Of a stretch of DNA of 64,000 bases, positions 10,152 to 21,612 are shown in pieces (the stretch's first letter is position 1; each line of letters opens with the position of its first letter). The stretch is taken from the NCBI GenBank assembly GCA_029560465.1, contig JAKQKX010000065.1, positions 5,148 through 69,147 on the forward strand. The letters are read 5' to 3'. The notes under the pieces were generated by a model, which ran no database searches, was not told the origin of the DNA, and saw only the letters and a list, made by a program, of their open reading frames with translations. The DNA is from Candidatus Omnitrophota bacterium. GTDB taxonomy: Bacteria; Omnitrophota; Gorgyraeia; Zapsychrales; JANLHA01. A program made the position numbers and the translations under genes.

Positions 10152-10583
10152 TTATGGGTTATGCTTTTTATAAAGTTTCATTTGGAAAGATCCCTTCAAC
10201 CTGGGACTCAAAACGTGCAGAATGACATAATAGGGGACCAGCATCAGCAACGCCCCGCCTCCAACCAGATATTCCCGGGTTGTCATCCTTGAAAGGATCA
10301 GGAGCGAAAAAACAACAATACCTAAGGGTAACAGATACGCCAGAACCAGCGCTTTAAAACCTTTGGCCTGTTCCAGGACAATGTTGACTTCTTCCCCGAC
10401 CGTAAAATCTTCCTGATGGTCGGAGAAAACGAGAATTTGATGTTGTGTTTCCGCCGCCCCGCAATGTTGTCTGGACTCGCATGAGCCGCAGGCCGATGTC
10501 CTCATAAGCTCCACAAAAACATCCCGGCCCTTAAGCTCTTTCACAACGCCCTGGTGCTCAACATTACGACTGGTGTGCATCAT
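10152..10583 (-). CDS. RseC/MucC family protein
   Basis: SACGSC...HCG motif, AYLLPL, two TM helices, leads the rnf operon. Confidence 0.88.
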   Translation of the reverse strand: MMHTSRNVEHQGVVKELKGRDVFVELMRTSACGSCESRQHCGAAETQHQILVFSDHQEDFTVGEEVNIVLEQAKGFKALVLAYLLPLGIVVFSLLILSRMTTREYLVGGGALLMLVPYYVILHVLSPRLKGSFQMKLYKKHNP

Positions 10584-10615
10584 ATGTTAATCCGCCGCAT
10601 CAACTAAATGTTTTT

Positions 10616-10644
10616 ACTATATCTTTACCCCTATATCTTGTCAA
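10616..10644 (-). promoter_or_regulatory. sigma70 promoter of the rseC-rnf operon
   Basis: TTGACA-N17-TATAGT on the minus strand. Confidence 0.7.
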
Positions 10645-10761
10645 GCGGCATTTAGGCCTTCTTAAGACGAAAAAGGCGTCTGCGCCTGTTTCCGGGGATA
10701 AGCTTCGCAGGCGAGTCACCCGGAAGGAGGAGCCCTCTTCTTTTTAAAATTACTTTTACTT

Positions 10762-11154
10762 TTATTTTGGGGAACGATTACGCCGGGAAGAGGTTCCCGC
10801 CACACCGGCCGTCCGTGGCAATTTTTTGCGGGAAGTTTGCTTGTAATCAAAAAACTTGATAGCAATAAGGAAAAATGCGCCGGTGACCTTTTTCTCCACG
10901 CGGACCACTTTACCATATCCGTTAAAAATATCCAGGATACCCGACATAACCACGTTCATTTCAATAATATCGTCCACGTGCAGGGGGATGTCTGAAAAGA
11001 AAGCAAGCCCCAAGAAACTCATATCATGAGTCGTGGACAAATGCCAGCGTTTATCCGCTTTTCGAAGCCGTGTTTTGACGACCCGGTATTGAATACTCAG
11101 GATACGCTTCGTGCGTAAAGCTTTCCGCATTTCGCTGGTGGATTGCTTCACCAT
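10762..11154 (-). CDS. PilZ domain c-di-GMP receptor
   Basis: RxxxR (RKALR) and DxSxxG (DMSFLG), GKVVRV. Confidence 0.85.
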   Translation of the reverse strand: MVKQSTSEMRKALRTKRILSIQYRVVKTRLRKADKRWHLSTTHDMSFLGLAFFSDIPLHVDDIIEMNVVMSGILDIFNGYGKVVRVEKKVTGAFFLIAIKFFDYKQTSRKKLPRTAGVAGTSSRRNRSPK

Positions 11155-11257
11155 ATTCCCTCTCTTATGTTCTTCCTTCCTTAAATAAGGATAAACTTTA
11201 AATCCTTATTCGTCAAGAAGTTACTCCTTATGTTCTTGTTCTTTCTTATGAATGGGG

Positions 11258-13219
11258 TTAAAAGGGCTGCCCTTTAAGAATAAAACGAATGTCTCCCGAA
11301 GGTTTTTTATCGGTCAGGAGAAACACATATAGCCGCCTGTCCTGCACACATTGTCCCGGCTGATCCTGCCGGCAATATGTCACGAAAACCTCTGCGTAAA
11401 GCGTGTCGGCAGGGAAGATCGTGTAAACATGGAAGATGGACGTTTCATCATAGATAGCATAGAGTCGCTGAAAATCTCCCTGAGTGGTCCACAACCTCAT
11501 ATAAGGTTTCCCCTCATAAGAAATCCGTGTCCCCCGGGGCAATTTTATGGACAGCGTCAAATCCTGAACATCGTTGGAAAAAGTTTTACGGGTTCTCAGG
11601 ATCGTCCCCTCAAAACCCTCTACCCCGGGCTGCCCGGCTAGGAACGTTTCAATCTCCCCCTGGAGAGGCAGGGTTTCAACCCGTTTGTTCTCCAAATCCA
11701 GGACGCGGATACTGTGGTTATGGGTGTCGGCGATGAACACGCGGTTTTTCATATAACTTAAACCGCCGGGCTCGTTGAACAGGGCTTTATGAAAAGGGCC
11801 GTCTTTGAACCCGGCGCGGCTATCCCCACTTACGGTGCTCAAGGTGTTGTCCGCCAGGGAAAGCATACGGATTTTATTATTATAAGTATCGGCGATGACC
11901 AAGGATTCTGGAGTCCGGCATATCCCCAACGGATGCTGCAAACGCGCCGTCTCCTGGGTGCCGTCATCATCGCCAAACGTGTGCAGCCCCTTCCCCACCA
12001 CCGTCTCCACCTGGGCCCCCAAAAGCAATCCAACGCGCCTGACGGCGCTGACTTCACTGTCAAGGACGTACAGGGTATTTTCAACCGATACGATCCCCGA
12101 CGGCTGCGCGAAAGCGCTTCTGATCAGCGGGCCATCGATCAAATTCTCGACACCTGATCCGGCACACACCTTGATATCCCCGCTTTCAAGGTCCAGGACC
12201 CAAATCTGATGCGCGCCTGTCATCGCGATATAAAGCTGATCATGGATCAACGTCAAGTCCGTCGGATAATTTAAATCAACGGAGGCCCCAGCCCCCTTTG
12301 GAAAACGCGCCGTGTTTTTCCGGCCTGTTCCCGCAACGGTCATGACCTTTCCTGATTTAAGGTCGACTTTCCGTATCGCGTGATTGCCGGCATCAGCGAC
12401 ATACAAAATGTCCCCCTGCCGTGCCATTCCCTGGGGATCATGAAAACAGGCCGCCCCAAACGCCCCATCCTGAAACCCGCGGGCTCCTGAACCAATGATC
12501 TCCTGAACATGTCCCTGCCAGTCTGTCACGAGGATCCGGTCATGGCCGGAGTCGGCGATAAACAGCCGTTCATCATCCGTGGCCAGCACCTTCCCCGGGA
12601 ACGCCAGACTCGTCATCGGCTCCTTCTTCCTTTCCAGCCGCAAGGCGACTGGCTGGGTCCGCAGGAAATACTGGTTATGATTAAGGCGGGTCGTCAACTC
12701 TTTATCAACAGCCGAAAAAATATCTTCCCCAATCTGCTTATGAATAATTTTGCCCTCAGGATCAATCAAAACAACCGTCGGCCAGGCGCGTATGTCATAA
12801 TCCCGCCATATCCGCATGCGGGCGTCGTTCACCACCGGATAATCCAGCCTGTAACGGATCACCGCTTCCGTGACATTTTTGGGGTGGCGCTGCACGGGGT
12901 ATTTCGGGGAATGAACGCCGATCATGACAAGTTCCCGGGGATATTTCTTTTGCAGGGCCTTTAATTCCTGGAAAAGATTGATGCAGTTAACGCTGGAATA
13001 TGTCCAGAAGTTGAGCAGCACAAACTTGCCTTTGAGCTCCGCCAGGGTGAGCGGAGATTCAGTGTTGAGCCAGTCGAGCCCGGATCTCAAAGCCGGGGCC
13101 TGCTTATGCTGCAAATATTCCACAATGCCGGCACAGGCTGGCCGCCCGCCGGGATTCAAAAGCCACAAGGCCGCCAGGCAAAAATAAAGAAAACGGGATG
13201 TTTGTTTCATGGTTTTCAA
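11258..13219 (-). CDS. thioredoxin-like + NHL-repeat beta-propeller protein (NHLRC2/SOQ1-like)
   Basis: LKGKFVLLNFWTYSSVNC, IGVHSPK, AWPT, repeated IADSGHDRI/VADAGNHAIR/IADTYNNKIR. Confidence 0.9.
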   Translation of the reverse strand: MKTMKQTSRFLYFCLAALWLLNPGGRPACAGIVEYLQHKQAPALRSGLDWLNTESPLTLAELKGKFVLLNFWTYSSVNCINLFQELKALQKKYPRELVMIGVHSPKYPVQRHPKNVTEAVIRYRLDYPVVNDARMRIWRDYDIRAWPTVVLIDPEGKIIHKQIGEDIFSAVDKELTTRLNHNQYFLRTQPVALRLERKKEPMTSLAFPGKVLATDDERLFIADSGHDRILVTDWQGHVQEIIGSGARGFQDGAFGAACFHDPQGMARQGDILYVADAGNHAIRKVDLKSGKVMTVAGTGRKNTARFPKGAGASVDLNYPTDLTLIHDQLYIAMTGAHQIWVLDLESGDIKVCAGSGVENLIDGPLIRSAFAQPSGIVSVENTLYVLDSEVSAVRRVGLLLGAQVETVVGKGLHTFGDDDGTQETARLQHPLGICRTPESLVIADTYNNKIRMLSLADNTLSTVSGDSRAGFKDGPFHKALFNEPGGLSYMKNRVFIADTHNHSIRVLDLENKRVETLPLQGEIETFLAGQPGVEGFEGTILRTRKTFSNDVQDLTLSIKLPRGTRISYEGKPYMRLWTTQGDFQRLYAIYDETSIFHVYTIFPADTLYAEVFVTYCRQDQPGQCVQDRRLYVFLLTDKKPSGDIRFILKGQPF

Positions 13220-13268
13220 GCAGTGTCCGTCAGCAGAACCGCTTAATGGAATCGGTCGTGGTCCTAAA

Positions 13269-14657
13269 TCAATGAGGCCGTGTCATATCTTTGGGCCGGA
13301 TCAGGGCGTCAAATTCCGTTTCGGTGAGATACCCTGATTCGGCCGCCGCGACACGCAACGTTTTATCTTCTTTAAAAGCTTTCTGAACGATCTTGGCCGC
13401 TTTGTCATAGCCGATGTGCGGAGTCAGAGCGGTGACCAGCATGAGCGACTGTTCCAAGTGACGCTGAATGGTTTCAGCATTCAGCGCGATGCCTTGCACG
13501 CAATATTGGGTAAAATTCCGGACCGCGTCAGAGAGCAACTGGATGGATTGCAAAACGTTGAAAATGATGACCGGTTTACATACATTAAGCTGAAAATTCC
13601 CGCTGGCTCCGGCCAAGGCCACGGTCGTGTCATTCCCCACGACCTGCATACAGACCATGATCAAAGCCTCAGCCTGTGTGGGATTGACTTTCCCAGGCAT
13701 AATGGAACTTCCAGGCTCGTTGGCCGGCAATTGAAGTTCTCCGATCCCGCAACGCGGGCCGGAGCCAAGCCATCGGATGTCGTTGGCGATCTTGATCAGG
13801 GAAACCGCGATGACCTTTAAAATCCCGCTTAACTCAACCAGAGCGTCGTGGGCGGCGATCGCCTCAAATTTATTACGGGCGCTGACAAAAGGATACCCAG
13901 TCAACTCCGCCACCTGGGCAATCGCTTTTTCCGGGAATCCCGCCGGAGTGTTGATTCCGGTCCCAACGGCCGTCGCGCCCAACGCCACCTCATAAAGCCG
14001 GGGGAGCACCGCCTCAATTCTCTCCAGGCCGTTGATGATCTGCTGAGAGAACCCGCTAAATTCCTGTCCCAGCGTCAACGGAGTGGCGTCCATCAGGTGC
14101 GTGCGCCCGATCTTAACCACGTCCTCCCATTCCTCCGACTTCCGCGCCAATTGGTCCCCCATCCCCTGCAGTGCCGGGATCAGCGATTCCTGAAGCATGG
14201 TCACGGCGGCGATATGCATGGCCGTCGGAAAAACATCGTTAGAGGACTGGGACATGTTCACATGGTCGTTGGGATGCACGGGGTGTTTACTACCCAGGAC
14301 CCCCCCGGCCATTTCAATCGCCCGGTTGGCGATGACTTCATTCACGTTCATGTTGGTATGGGTGCCGCTCCCTGTCTGCCAGATTTTAAGAGGAAAATGA
14401 TCCAGGAAGAAACCGTCGATCACTTCCTCGGCTGCTTGAACAATATATTCGCAGGTTTTTGCGTCAAGCCTGCCACAGGCGGCGTTGGCCAGGGCACAGG
14501 CTTTTTTAACAATCGCCAGGGCCCGGATCATTTCCAGCGGCATGGCTTCGCCGCCAATGTCGAAATTCGTGGCTGAACGCGCGGTCTGGGCTCCGTAAAA
14601 CACATTCGCCGGCACAGGGATTTCGCCCAGGCTGTCTGATTCCATTCTGTAATCCAT
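13269..14657 (-). CDS. fumC: class II fumarate hydratase
   Basis: [35 protein letters not shown]. Confidence 0.97.
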   Translation of the reverse strand: MDYRMESDSLGEIPVPANVFYGAQTARSATNFDIGGEAMPLEMIRALAIVKKACALANAACGRLDAKTCEYIVQAAEEVIDGFFLDHFPLKIWQTGSGTHTNMNVNEVIANRAIEMAGGVLGSKHPVHPNDHVNMSQSSNDVFPTAMHIAAVTMLQESLIPALQGMGDQLARKSEEWEDVVKIGRTHLMDATPLTLGQEFSGFSQQIINGLERIEAVLPRLYEVALGATAVGTGINTPAGFPEKAIAQVAELTGYPFVSARNKFEAIAAHDALVELSGILKVIAVSLIKIANDIRWLGSGPRCGIGELQLPANEPGSSIMPGKVNPTQAEALIMVCMQVVGNDTTVALAGASGNFQLNVCKPVIIFNVLQSIQLLSDAVRNFTQYCVQGIALNAETIQRHLEQSLMLVTALTPHIGYDKAAKIVQKAFKEDKTLRVAAAESGYLTETEFDALIRPKDMTRPH

Positions 14658-14668
14658 AAAAAATATCC

Positions 14669-15412
14669 TTAACCTTTCTTCGAAATCAAGGTCTGAATCA
14701 AATCGACCGGGATCGGGAACAGGGTCGTGGTGTTGTTTTTGCCGCCGATTTCAACGAGCGTCTGAAGATAACGCAGTTGGAGCGACATGGGGGCTTTTTG
14801 CATCATCTCGGCGGCCTGGCAAATCTTTTCCGCCGCCTGAAACTCTCCTTCTGCCGCGATGATTTTCGCGCGGCGTTCCCGCTCCGCTTCGGCCTGGCGC
14901 GCCATCGCCCGCCTTAATTCCTCGGAAATATCCACATGTTTAACTTCCACATTGGTCACCTTGATGCCCCAAGGATCCGTCTGTTTATCCAAAAGCGTTT
15001 GCAGGCTGTCGTTAATCCTCTCTCTCTGGGCGAGGAGGTCATCCATCTCCATCTCCCCAAGCACGCTCCTAAGCGTTGTCTGGGCCATCTGCGAGGTCGC
15101 ATACTGGTAATTCTGAACTTCAACGATCGCCTTGATCGGGTCCATGACCCGAAAATACGCGACAGCGTTGACTTTAACCGAAACATTATCCTTGGTTATG
15201 ACATCCTGAGGCGGGACATCCAGAGTTACCAGGCGCATACTCACAACGACACCGGTCTCAATGGGGAAGAAAATAAAAATCAAACCCGGCCCCCGGGGCG
15301 CTTCCACAATTTTCCCGAGACGGAATATAACAACGCGTTCATATTCCTTAACGATTTTGACACTGTTCATCAACCACCAAGCCAGAATAACCAGGGCTCC
15401 TATAAACCACAT
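14669..15412 (-). CDS. SPFH/stomatin (slipin) family protein
   Basis: [34 protein letters not shown]. Confidence 0.95.
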   Translation of the reverse strand: MWFIGALVILAWWLMNSVKIVKEYERVVIFRLGKIVEAPRGPGLIFIFFPIETGVVVSMRLVTLDVPPQDVITKDNVSVKVNAVAYFRVMDPIKAIVEVQNYQYATSQMAQTTLRSVLGEMEMDDLLAQRERINDSLQTLLDKQTDPWGIKVTNVEVKHVDISEELRRAMARQAEAERERRAKIIAAEGEFQAAEKICQAAEMMQKAPMSLQLRYLQTLVEIGGKNNTTTLFPIPVDLIQTLISKKG

Positions 15413-15447
15413 GTCCCGCTCCTTTCGTAAAAGTGTTGCTTTTTTAA

Positions 15448-16935
15448 TTAGCTCTTCAAGGACTTCCTGACCTTCAGGGTCAGGCCATTGATGGCCACAA
15501 CGATGATTTTATCCCCGCCGGAGAGCGCTTCATCAGTTACGGCGTTCCACAATTCGCCGTGGACAAAAACTTTACCGTCAACGCCCGGGCCGAAATCTTT
15601 TTTCGTCACGCCCAGGGCGCCGATCATCCCTTCCTGCCCAGAAACAGGTTTCTGTCGAAAGGTCTTGATCGCCAACCTTAACAGAAAAGACGTGATAAAC
15701 GCGGTCGTCCCAAGGATGGAAATGATAATCGGCATCGAAACACGCATAATGGGTTCAGATCTGTCAAACAAGAGAACGGACCCCAGAAACATACACACCA
15801 CCCCCCCAGTCGTCATAACGCCAAATCCAGGGACAAACGCCTCTGCAATCAGGAGCCCCAACCCGACGAGGATCAGCGCCAACCCGGCATAATTTGTTGG
15901 GAGCATCTGCATGCTGAAAAAAGCCAAGATTAAGAAAATCGAGCCTAAAATGCCCGGGACACCAAACCCAGGGCTGGTTATTTCATAAAGAAGGCTTAAA
16001 AAACCCAGGATAAGGAACAAATAAGCAATATTCGGATTAGCCAGGACATTATAAAACTGCTGGCGCGCGCTCATGTCCACCCTGAAAACCTCGGCCCGGG
16101 CTGTTTTCAAAGTGACATCCATCCCGCGCACTTTCACCGTTTTTCCGTCCATCTGTTTTAACAAATCTTTTTCGTCCTGGGCGATGATATCAATGACATT
16201 CTGTTGCAACGCTTCGGTTTCCGTGATAGAAAGACTTTTGGTCACGCTTTTGATCGCCCATTCTTCATTCCGGCCGCGCAGATGGGCCATTGCCCGGATA
16301 AAAGCCACGGTATCCTGAAGGATTTTGGTGTCGAGCGCGTCATTATCCGGGATATATTCAAAGTCAGGCGCCTCTTCCGGAGACTGAGCCTCTTCCGGTT
16401 CCGGCGGCTTGACCTCAACGGGGTGTTTTTCGGCATCCTGCGATGGATCCGGGGGCAGGTTGCCTTTCGTCTCTTTGAGAATCTCCCTGACCTCTTTCCA
16501 CGGGTCGCTTTTGTGCCGGCCCATCTGGATAGGATGCGCGGCCCCGATATTGGTGGAAGGCGCCATGGCCGCGATATGCGCAGCATAGGTGATAAAAACC
16601 CCGGCGGATCCCGCACGCGACCCGCCGGGGGAAATATACACGACCACCGGCACATCCGCCGAAAGAACATATTTCACGATCTGCCGGGTCGAGGCCAGCA
16701 AGCCACCCGGAGTATCCATTTCAATAATCAAACACTGGGCTTTTTTCTCTTCCGCCAAATCAATGCCCTTCGCAATATATTCCGCAGTGATCGGGTTGAT
16801 CGTGTCATCATTAAGCCGGAGGAGATACACGCGTTCCCCGGCGGCTTCGGCCTTCTCAATGTTCGCCGGCACGCCGCTGGAAAAGCCTGCCAGCAAAATC
16901 ATGATCACAGATAAACGTAGGGATAAGGATTTCAT
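15448..16935 (-). CDS. nfeD: NfeD family membrane serine protease (ClpP class)
   Basis: [23 protein letters not shown]-terminal OB domain ([10 protein letters not shown]); paired with stomatin. Confidence 0.93.
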   Translation of the reverse strand: MKSLSLRLSVIMILLAGFSSGVPANIEKAEAAGERVYLLRLNDDTINPITAEYIAKGIDLAEEKKAQCLIIEMDTPGGLLASTRQIVKYVLSADVPVVVYISPGGSRAGSAGVFITYAAHIAAMAPSTNIGAAHPIQMGRHKSDPWKEVREILKETKGNLPPDPSQDAEKHPVEVKPPEPEEAQSPEEAPDFEYIPDNDALDTKILQDTVAFIRAMAHLRGRNEEWAIKSVTKSLSITETEALQQNVIDIIAQDEKDLLKQMDGKTVKVRGMDVTLKTARAEVFRVDMSARQQFYNVLANPNIAYLFLILGFLSLLYEITSPGFGVPGILGSIFLILAFFSMQMLPTNYAGLALILVGLGLLIAEAFVPGFGVMTTGGVVCMFLGSVLLFDRSEPIMRVSMPIIISILGTTAFITSFLLRLAIKTFRQKPVSGQEGMIGALGVTKKDFGPGVDGKVFVHGELWNAVTDEALSGGDKIIVVAINGLTLKVRKSLKS

Positions 16936-18390
16936 TTAATTCCTCTTTAAGAATTCGGTTAACAGGCGTACCCCCGCCCCGGTCGCCCCGGCCGCATAAT
17001 ATAAACGGCTTTTCCCTTCACGGAAAGCCGTGCCGGCAATATCAATATGTGCCCAAGGCGTGTCTTCGGTGAACTGGCGCAAAAATTCCGCAGCCGTCAT
17101 AGTTCCGGCCGCGCCTTTAGGGAAGCCCAAGTTTTTAAGGTCAGCGACCTGCGATTCAACCGCATCTTTGAGCTCAGGATAATTGGGCAGACGCCATAAC
17201 CGGTCATCCGTGATCTCCGCGGCGGCGAGCAATTTAGCGGCGAGGGTTTCATTATTCGAAACCAACCCGCTGTAATCATAACCCAGGGCGATTACGCAAG
17301 CGCCGGTGAGCGTGGCGATATCAATCAAACGCTGGGGCTTGTAATTTCTGACCACATAAGATATCGCGTCAGCGAGGACCAGACGGCCTTCGGCGTCCGT
17401 GTTGGCGACTTCAACCGTTTTACCACTATAACTTTTAAACACATCCCCTGGCTTGCAAGCAAGGGGACCGATGGCATTTTCCGCCAGGCCAAAGGCGAAA
17501 ATAATATTCTTTTTCAGCCCCAGGTGAATCACGTTCTTCAAAGTTCCGAGCAAAGCCGCCGCGCCGCTCATGTCAGAACGCATGGTCTCCATGTGGCCGG
17601 ACGGCTTGAGGTTAAGCCCTCCGGTATCAAACGTGATGCCCTTCCCGACCAAAGCGGTGGTCCGGGCATCGCGCGAGGCTCCCCGGTATTTGACAATAAT
17701 GAGTTTCGGCGGGTACTGGCTGCCTTTGTTCACTGCCAGGTGTAAGTTAAGCCCCTTCTCTTTAAGCTCCTCTTCATTAAGGATTTTAATGCTGGCCTGC
17801 TTGCACCCCCGGCTCACGGAAAAAACCGCTTCTTCAAACGCTTCCGAGTGAACCACGTCAGCGTTATCGTTAACTAGGTCCCTGGCCAATGTGACGCCAT
17901 CACAAACCATGACGGCTTCCGCAAAACATTTCTTTTCCTTCACCACCAGATACACCTGCCGGACTCTGGCCGGGCACTCGTCATTCTTAACGCTTCGGTA
18001 TTTATCCCATGTGTATGTCCCGATTAAAACACCTTCAATAACCGCGATGATTTCCGCGTCTTCCGCGAAAAACGCCGCCAGTTCTACTTCCCGGACCGTT
18101 TTGATAAATTCAGATGCCAGGGCCTGCCGGACCGCCACCCGCAAGGTCGTGAGAAAGCCCGGGGCCTTAGCCCCTAAGCCGACAAACAGGACGGTCCGGT
18201 TCTTCTGGACAACCGGGAAAAGCTCCCCTTTCTCCGCTTTAAAAACCTGGCCCTGTGTTAAGGAAGCAAGCGCGGACTTCAATTCGCCGGGCAGTTGACT
18301 CAGCCAGGTTTTCTGTTCAATTTGATCTTTACCGACCAAAACCAGAAGGGCCGGTTTATCCATTAATAATTTAGGACGAAATTCAATCAT
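16936..18390 (-). CDS. pepA: leucyl aminopeptidase (M17)
   Basis: LVGKGITFDTGG, NTDAEGRLVLAD, ATLTGA, HIDIAG. Confidence 0.95.
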   Translation of the reverse strand: MIEFRPKLLMDKPALLVLVGKDQIEQKTWLSQLPGELKSALASLTQGQVFKAEKGELFPVVQKNRTVLFVGLGAKAPGFLTTLRVAVRQALASEFIKTVREVELAAFFAEDAEIIAVIEGVLIGTYTWDKYRSVKNDECPARVRQVYLVVKEKKCFAEAVMVCDGVTLARDLVNDNADVVHSEAFEEAVFSVSRGCKQASIKILNEEELKEKGLNLHLAVNKGSQYPPKLIIVKYRGASRDARTTALVGKGITFDTGGLNLKPSGHMETMRSDMSGAAALLGTLKNVIHLGLKKNIIFAFGLAENAIGPLACKPGDVFKSYSGKTVEVANTDAEGRLVLADAISYVVRNYKPQRLIDIATLTGACVIALGYDYSGLVSNNETLAAKLLAAAEITDDRLWRLPNYPELKDAVESQVADLKNLGFPKGAAGTMTAAEFLRQFTEDTPWAHIDIAGTAFREGKSRLYYAAGATGAGVRLLTEFLKRN

Positions 18391-18423
18391 AAACAATAAT
18401 CCTTTCCGATGGGGATTCCGTTA

Positions 18424-19713
18424 TTAACGCTGGTCGATGGGGATATATTCCCTCTTATTCGCCCCGACATAGATCTGCCTGGGCCTGGCAATACGCGTTT
18501 CGGGATTCTCAACCATTTCTTTCCAGTGGGCGATCCATCCCGGCAGACGGCCAATGGCAAACATCACCGGGAACATCGGCGTGGGGATCCCGATGGCTTT
18601 ATAAATCAGGCCGCTGTAAAAATCAACGTTGGGATAAAGTTTTCTTTCCGCAAAGTAATCATCTTTCAACGCCTTCTCTTCAAGCTTTACAGCTAAATCC
18701 AGCAAAGGGTCATGCCGGTCTAAAGTGTTCAGCAAGGCATGGGTCTCCGTCTTGATAATTTTGGCCCGGGGGTCATAATTTTTATAAACCCGGTGGCCGA
18801 ATCCCATAAGCCGGAACTTGCTGTCGGGGTCTTTGGCCTTCGCGATATATTTGTCCACATCCCCGCCATCAGCGGAGATCATTTCCAGCATCTCAACCAC
18901 TTTCTGGTTGGCGCCGCCGTGCAAAGGCCCCCAAAGAGCAGAGACACCAGCGGAAACCGAAGCGAACAGATTGGCCCCGGAACTGCCGACCATCCTTACC
19001 GTCGAAGTGCTGCAGTTCTGCTCATGGTCGGCATGAAGCAGAAAAAGCATCTTCAGGGTGTTCACAACGGTTTGATTAATTTTGTATTCATGGGTCGGCG
19101 TGGAAAACATCATATGTAAAAAATTCGCCACATATTCCAATTCTTCCTTGGCGTACATAAACGGCTCGCCCACTGTTTTCTTGTACGTGCAAGCCACAAT
19201 CGTCCTGACCTTGGCCATCAGTTCAATGGCGCTCAATTCAATGTCTTCCGGCCTAGGATCCGGCTTAATCAGTTCTGGGTAATAGACAGACAGCGCGCAA
19301 ATCATCGCCGAAAGCATGGCCATAGGGTGGCCTGTTGCCGGATAGCCGCCAAAAAACTTCTTCATGTCCTCATGAAGATTGGCATTTTTGGTAAAAGCAT
19401 TGGAATAACGGCTCAGCTCGGCCCGGGATGGCAGCTCCCCGTTAATAAGGAGATACGCGGTTTCTACAAACGAAGCCTTCTCGGCCAGTTGTTCGATCGG
19501 ATAGCCCCGGTAGCGCAAGATGCCTTTATCCCCGTCTATATAAGTAATCGCGCTCCGGCAGGAACCCGTGCTGGCGAACCCGGGATCAACTGTAATATAG
19601 CCGGTTTCCTGGCGCAATTTGGAAATCACAAAACCATGCTCGCCTTCCGTGCCAACCACCACCGGGAGTTCAATCGTCTTATCATCAATCACAAGTTTAA
19701 CTTTTTCTGACAT
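18424..19713 (-). CDS. gltA: type II citrate synthase
   Basis: GILRYRGYPI, HADHEQNCST, WGPLHGGAN, GFGHRVY, YPNVDFYSG. Confidence 0.97.
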   Translation of the reverse strand: MSEKVKLVIDDKTIELPVVVGTEGEHGFVISKLRQETGYITVDPGFASTGSCRSAITYIDGDKGILRYRGYPIEQLAEKASFVETAYLLINGELPSRAELSRYSNAFTKNANLHEDMKKFFGGYPATGHPMAMLSAMICALSVYYPELIKPDPRPEDIELSAIELMAKVRTIVACTYKKTVGEPFMYAKEELEYVANFLHMMFSTPTHEYKINQTVVNTLKMLFLLHADHEQNCSTSTVRMVGSSGANLFASVSAGVSALWGPLHGGANQKVVEMLEMISADGGDVDKYIAKAKDPDSKFRLMGFGHRVYKNYDPRAKIIKTETHALLNTLDRHDPLLDLAVKLEEKALKDDYFAERKLYPNVDFYSGLIYKAIGIPTPMFPVMFAIGRLPGWIAHWKEMVENPETRIARPRQIYVGANKREYIPIDQR

Positions 19714-19754
19714 GGCAAGCTCCTCTTTCTTTTTGAAGTAAATTGTTGCAAAAT

Positions 19755-19783
19755 ATTATATTATAATCACTTTGCATTTGCAA
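19755..19783 (-). promoter_or_regulatory. sigma70 promoter of gltA
   Basis: TTGCAA-N17-TATAAT. Confidence 0.6.
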
Positions 19784-19825
19784 CTCTAAAGGGGACAGGG
19801 AGGAAAAAGATACGCGGGAAGAGGG

Positions 19826-20230
19826 CTAATCCTGATCGGATTTTTCTAAAATAGATGCCAATTTGGTTAATAAAATATTAGCATCTATAGGCTTAAGAAT
19901 ATAATCATCGCAGCCTTTCTCATACGCTTCCAGGAAACGTTTTTCATACGCTGTCACAATAATAATGGGGATCCCGTCTCCCAAGGCAATACCGGCGTTT
20001 TTTTCGCTTTCCCTTATTTTTTCAAGGATTTCCAAACCGTTAATCTCCGGGAGCTCAATATCCAGGAGGATCAGGCTATATTGATCGCCTCTCTGAAGAG
20101 ACAAATTATACGCCTCGATAGCTTCCTTCCCGCTGGCCGCGAAATCACATTCCGCGACTTCCCTTAAAATTTCGGCCAGCAACTGCCTGTTCTCAAAATT
20201 ATCATCCACAATGAGGATTTTATGCATCAT
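19826..20230 (-). CDS. single-domain response regulator
   Basis: ILIVDD, LILLDIELP, IIIVTA, YILKP. Confidence 0.93.
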   Translation of the reverse strand: MMHKILIVDDNFENRQLLAEILREVAECDFAASGKEAIEAYNLSLQRGDQYSLILLDIELPEINGLEILEKIRESEKNAGIALGDGIPIIIVTAYEKRFLEAYEKGCDDYILKPIDANILLTKLASILEKSDQD

Positions 20231-20262
20231 GATCTCCCGGTCGCCTTATTATACCCATATCC

Positions 20263-20607
20263 CTAAGGCATTTTATTAATATATTCCGAAAACTTTTCGG
20301 ACTCTCTCTTTAAAAGAGCAAAATATTCTGCCAACTTCACGGGGTCGGCCATACCTTTGACTTCAAGGTGCATGAAATTTTCCGCTTCATTGATACTCGA
20401 CAGCCTTAAATTGCTGGCGGTCCCTTTAACTTCATGCAAGATCCTTCGCATCGCCTCTTTATCCATGACCTGCAAAGCAGCGCCCAACTCCGTTATTTTT
20501 TCCTGAAGCGTCCCGGCAAAACTCTTGACAATACGCAGATAAATATCTGGACGGATCTTCAATTCTGAACTGATGCGTTCGGCGTCAATCTGAAATAGCT
20601 CATCCAT
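20263..20607 (-). CDS. stand-alone Hpt domain protein
   Basis: RILHEVKGTASNL. Confidence 0.85.
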   Translation of the reverse strand: MDELFQIDAERISSELKIRPDIYLRIVKSFAGTLQEKITELGAALQVMDKEAMRRILHEVKGTASNLRLSSINEAENFMHLEVKGMADPVKLAEYFALLKRESEKFSEYINKMP

Positions 20608-20619
20608 TTTTTCAATTAT

Positions 20620-20973
20620 TTAACGGCATCCCATGCCGGAATTTTCACAAAACTTTTTCAACTCTTTAAAAACGCCCGATAAAACCGTGAACAATCCGGT
20701 CAGCTCCGCCTGATTGATATTCCCGGATTTAACTATAACATTCATGGTGCGGGCGACAGACGACAGGTCCGTGATGCGCATGTTGTCGTAATCGCCTTTC
20801 AAACGATGCGACAGCTTCTGGACCGTGTCCCAATCTCCCCCGTTCATCGCCTTTTCAAGATCCACGATATCGCCGGTCGTCTGAGCGACAGCCTTATTTA
20901 AAATCCTCAGATAAATATCCCGCCCGATTTTAAGTTCTTCACAATTTTTATCCACATTGATCGCTAATGCCAT
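20620..20973 (-). CDS. stand-alone Hpt domain protein
   Basis: KLSHRLKGDYDNM. Confidence 0.82.
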   Translation of the reverse strand: MALAINVDKNCEELKIGRDIYLRILNKAVAQTTGDIVDLEKAMNGGDWDTVQKLSHRLKGDYDNMRITDLSSVARTMNVIVKSGNINQAELTGLFTVLSGVFKELKKFCENSGMGCR

Positions 20974-20998
20974 AAGCCCCCTCCAGACGGCACAGTAT

Positions 20999-21595
20999 TC
21001 ATTTCGTTTTCAGCCGGGGCACCGCACCCATCGTCATGTCCATCACCAACCGTCTAACATTGTCTATTTCAAAAACAACTTCAACCATGTCAAATTCATT
21101 ATAACAGAAATCCACCCCGGCAAAGGCGGAATTACGGTAATTTATAAAATGTGACATTTCAAGCTCAATATAGCCGGCGATCGAAATCTCGGATTTGAAC
21201 CGGCCGGATATAATGTTGCAAAGCGTACCGCAGGAATCCTGCATGGCGGTGTCACTCTCATCGTCAATCGGCGGATACTTTAAGAGCTTCATCATTTTGG
21301 AAATATAATCCTGCTGGACATAAATGATCAGGGCTCCCAGCGTCTTTTTTTGAGCCATATCTTTTTCGCTGGCATAGAAATTGACGGCGGAGACATACGT
21401 CGGTTCATTATCATATTTCTCCATCCCGTCAGCGCGCATTTTCCCTTCAAACTCAATGATCTTCCTCCGGGTCTTGGACGGTTCTTTGGAAAAATGCACG
21501 TCCCCCCGTTCGTTGAACAGAGCCACTGTCCCCTGCTCCAGGAGGTCGGCGAATTTATCCAATTCTTTATTTTTCTTACCCAGGAAAAACAACAA
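20999..21595 (-). CDS. CheX/CheC-like phosphatase-fold protein
   Basis: MQDSCGTLCNIISGRFK resembles the CheX D..GE..N.I.G motif (E replaced by T). Confidence 0.65.
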   Translation of the reverse strand: MLFFLGKKNKELDKFADLLEQGTVALFNERGDVHFSKEPSKTRRKIIEFEGKMRADGMEKYDNEPTYVSAVNFYASEKDMAQKKTLGALIIYVQQDYISKMMKLLKYPPIDDESDTAMQDSCGTLCNIISGRFKSEISIAGYIELEMSHFINYRNSAFAGVDFCYNEFDMVEVVFEIDNVRRLVMDMTMGAVPRLKTK

Positions 21596-21612
21596 CCACG
21601 TCCTTTCCAGAA

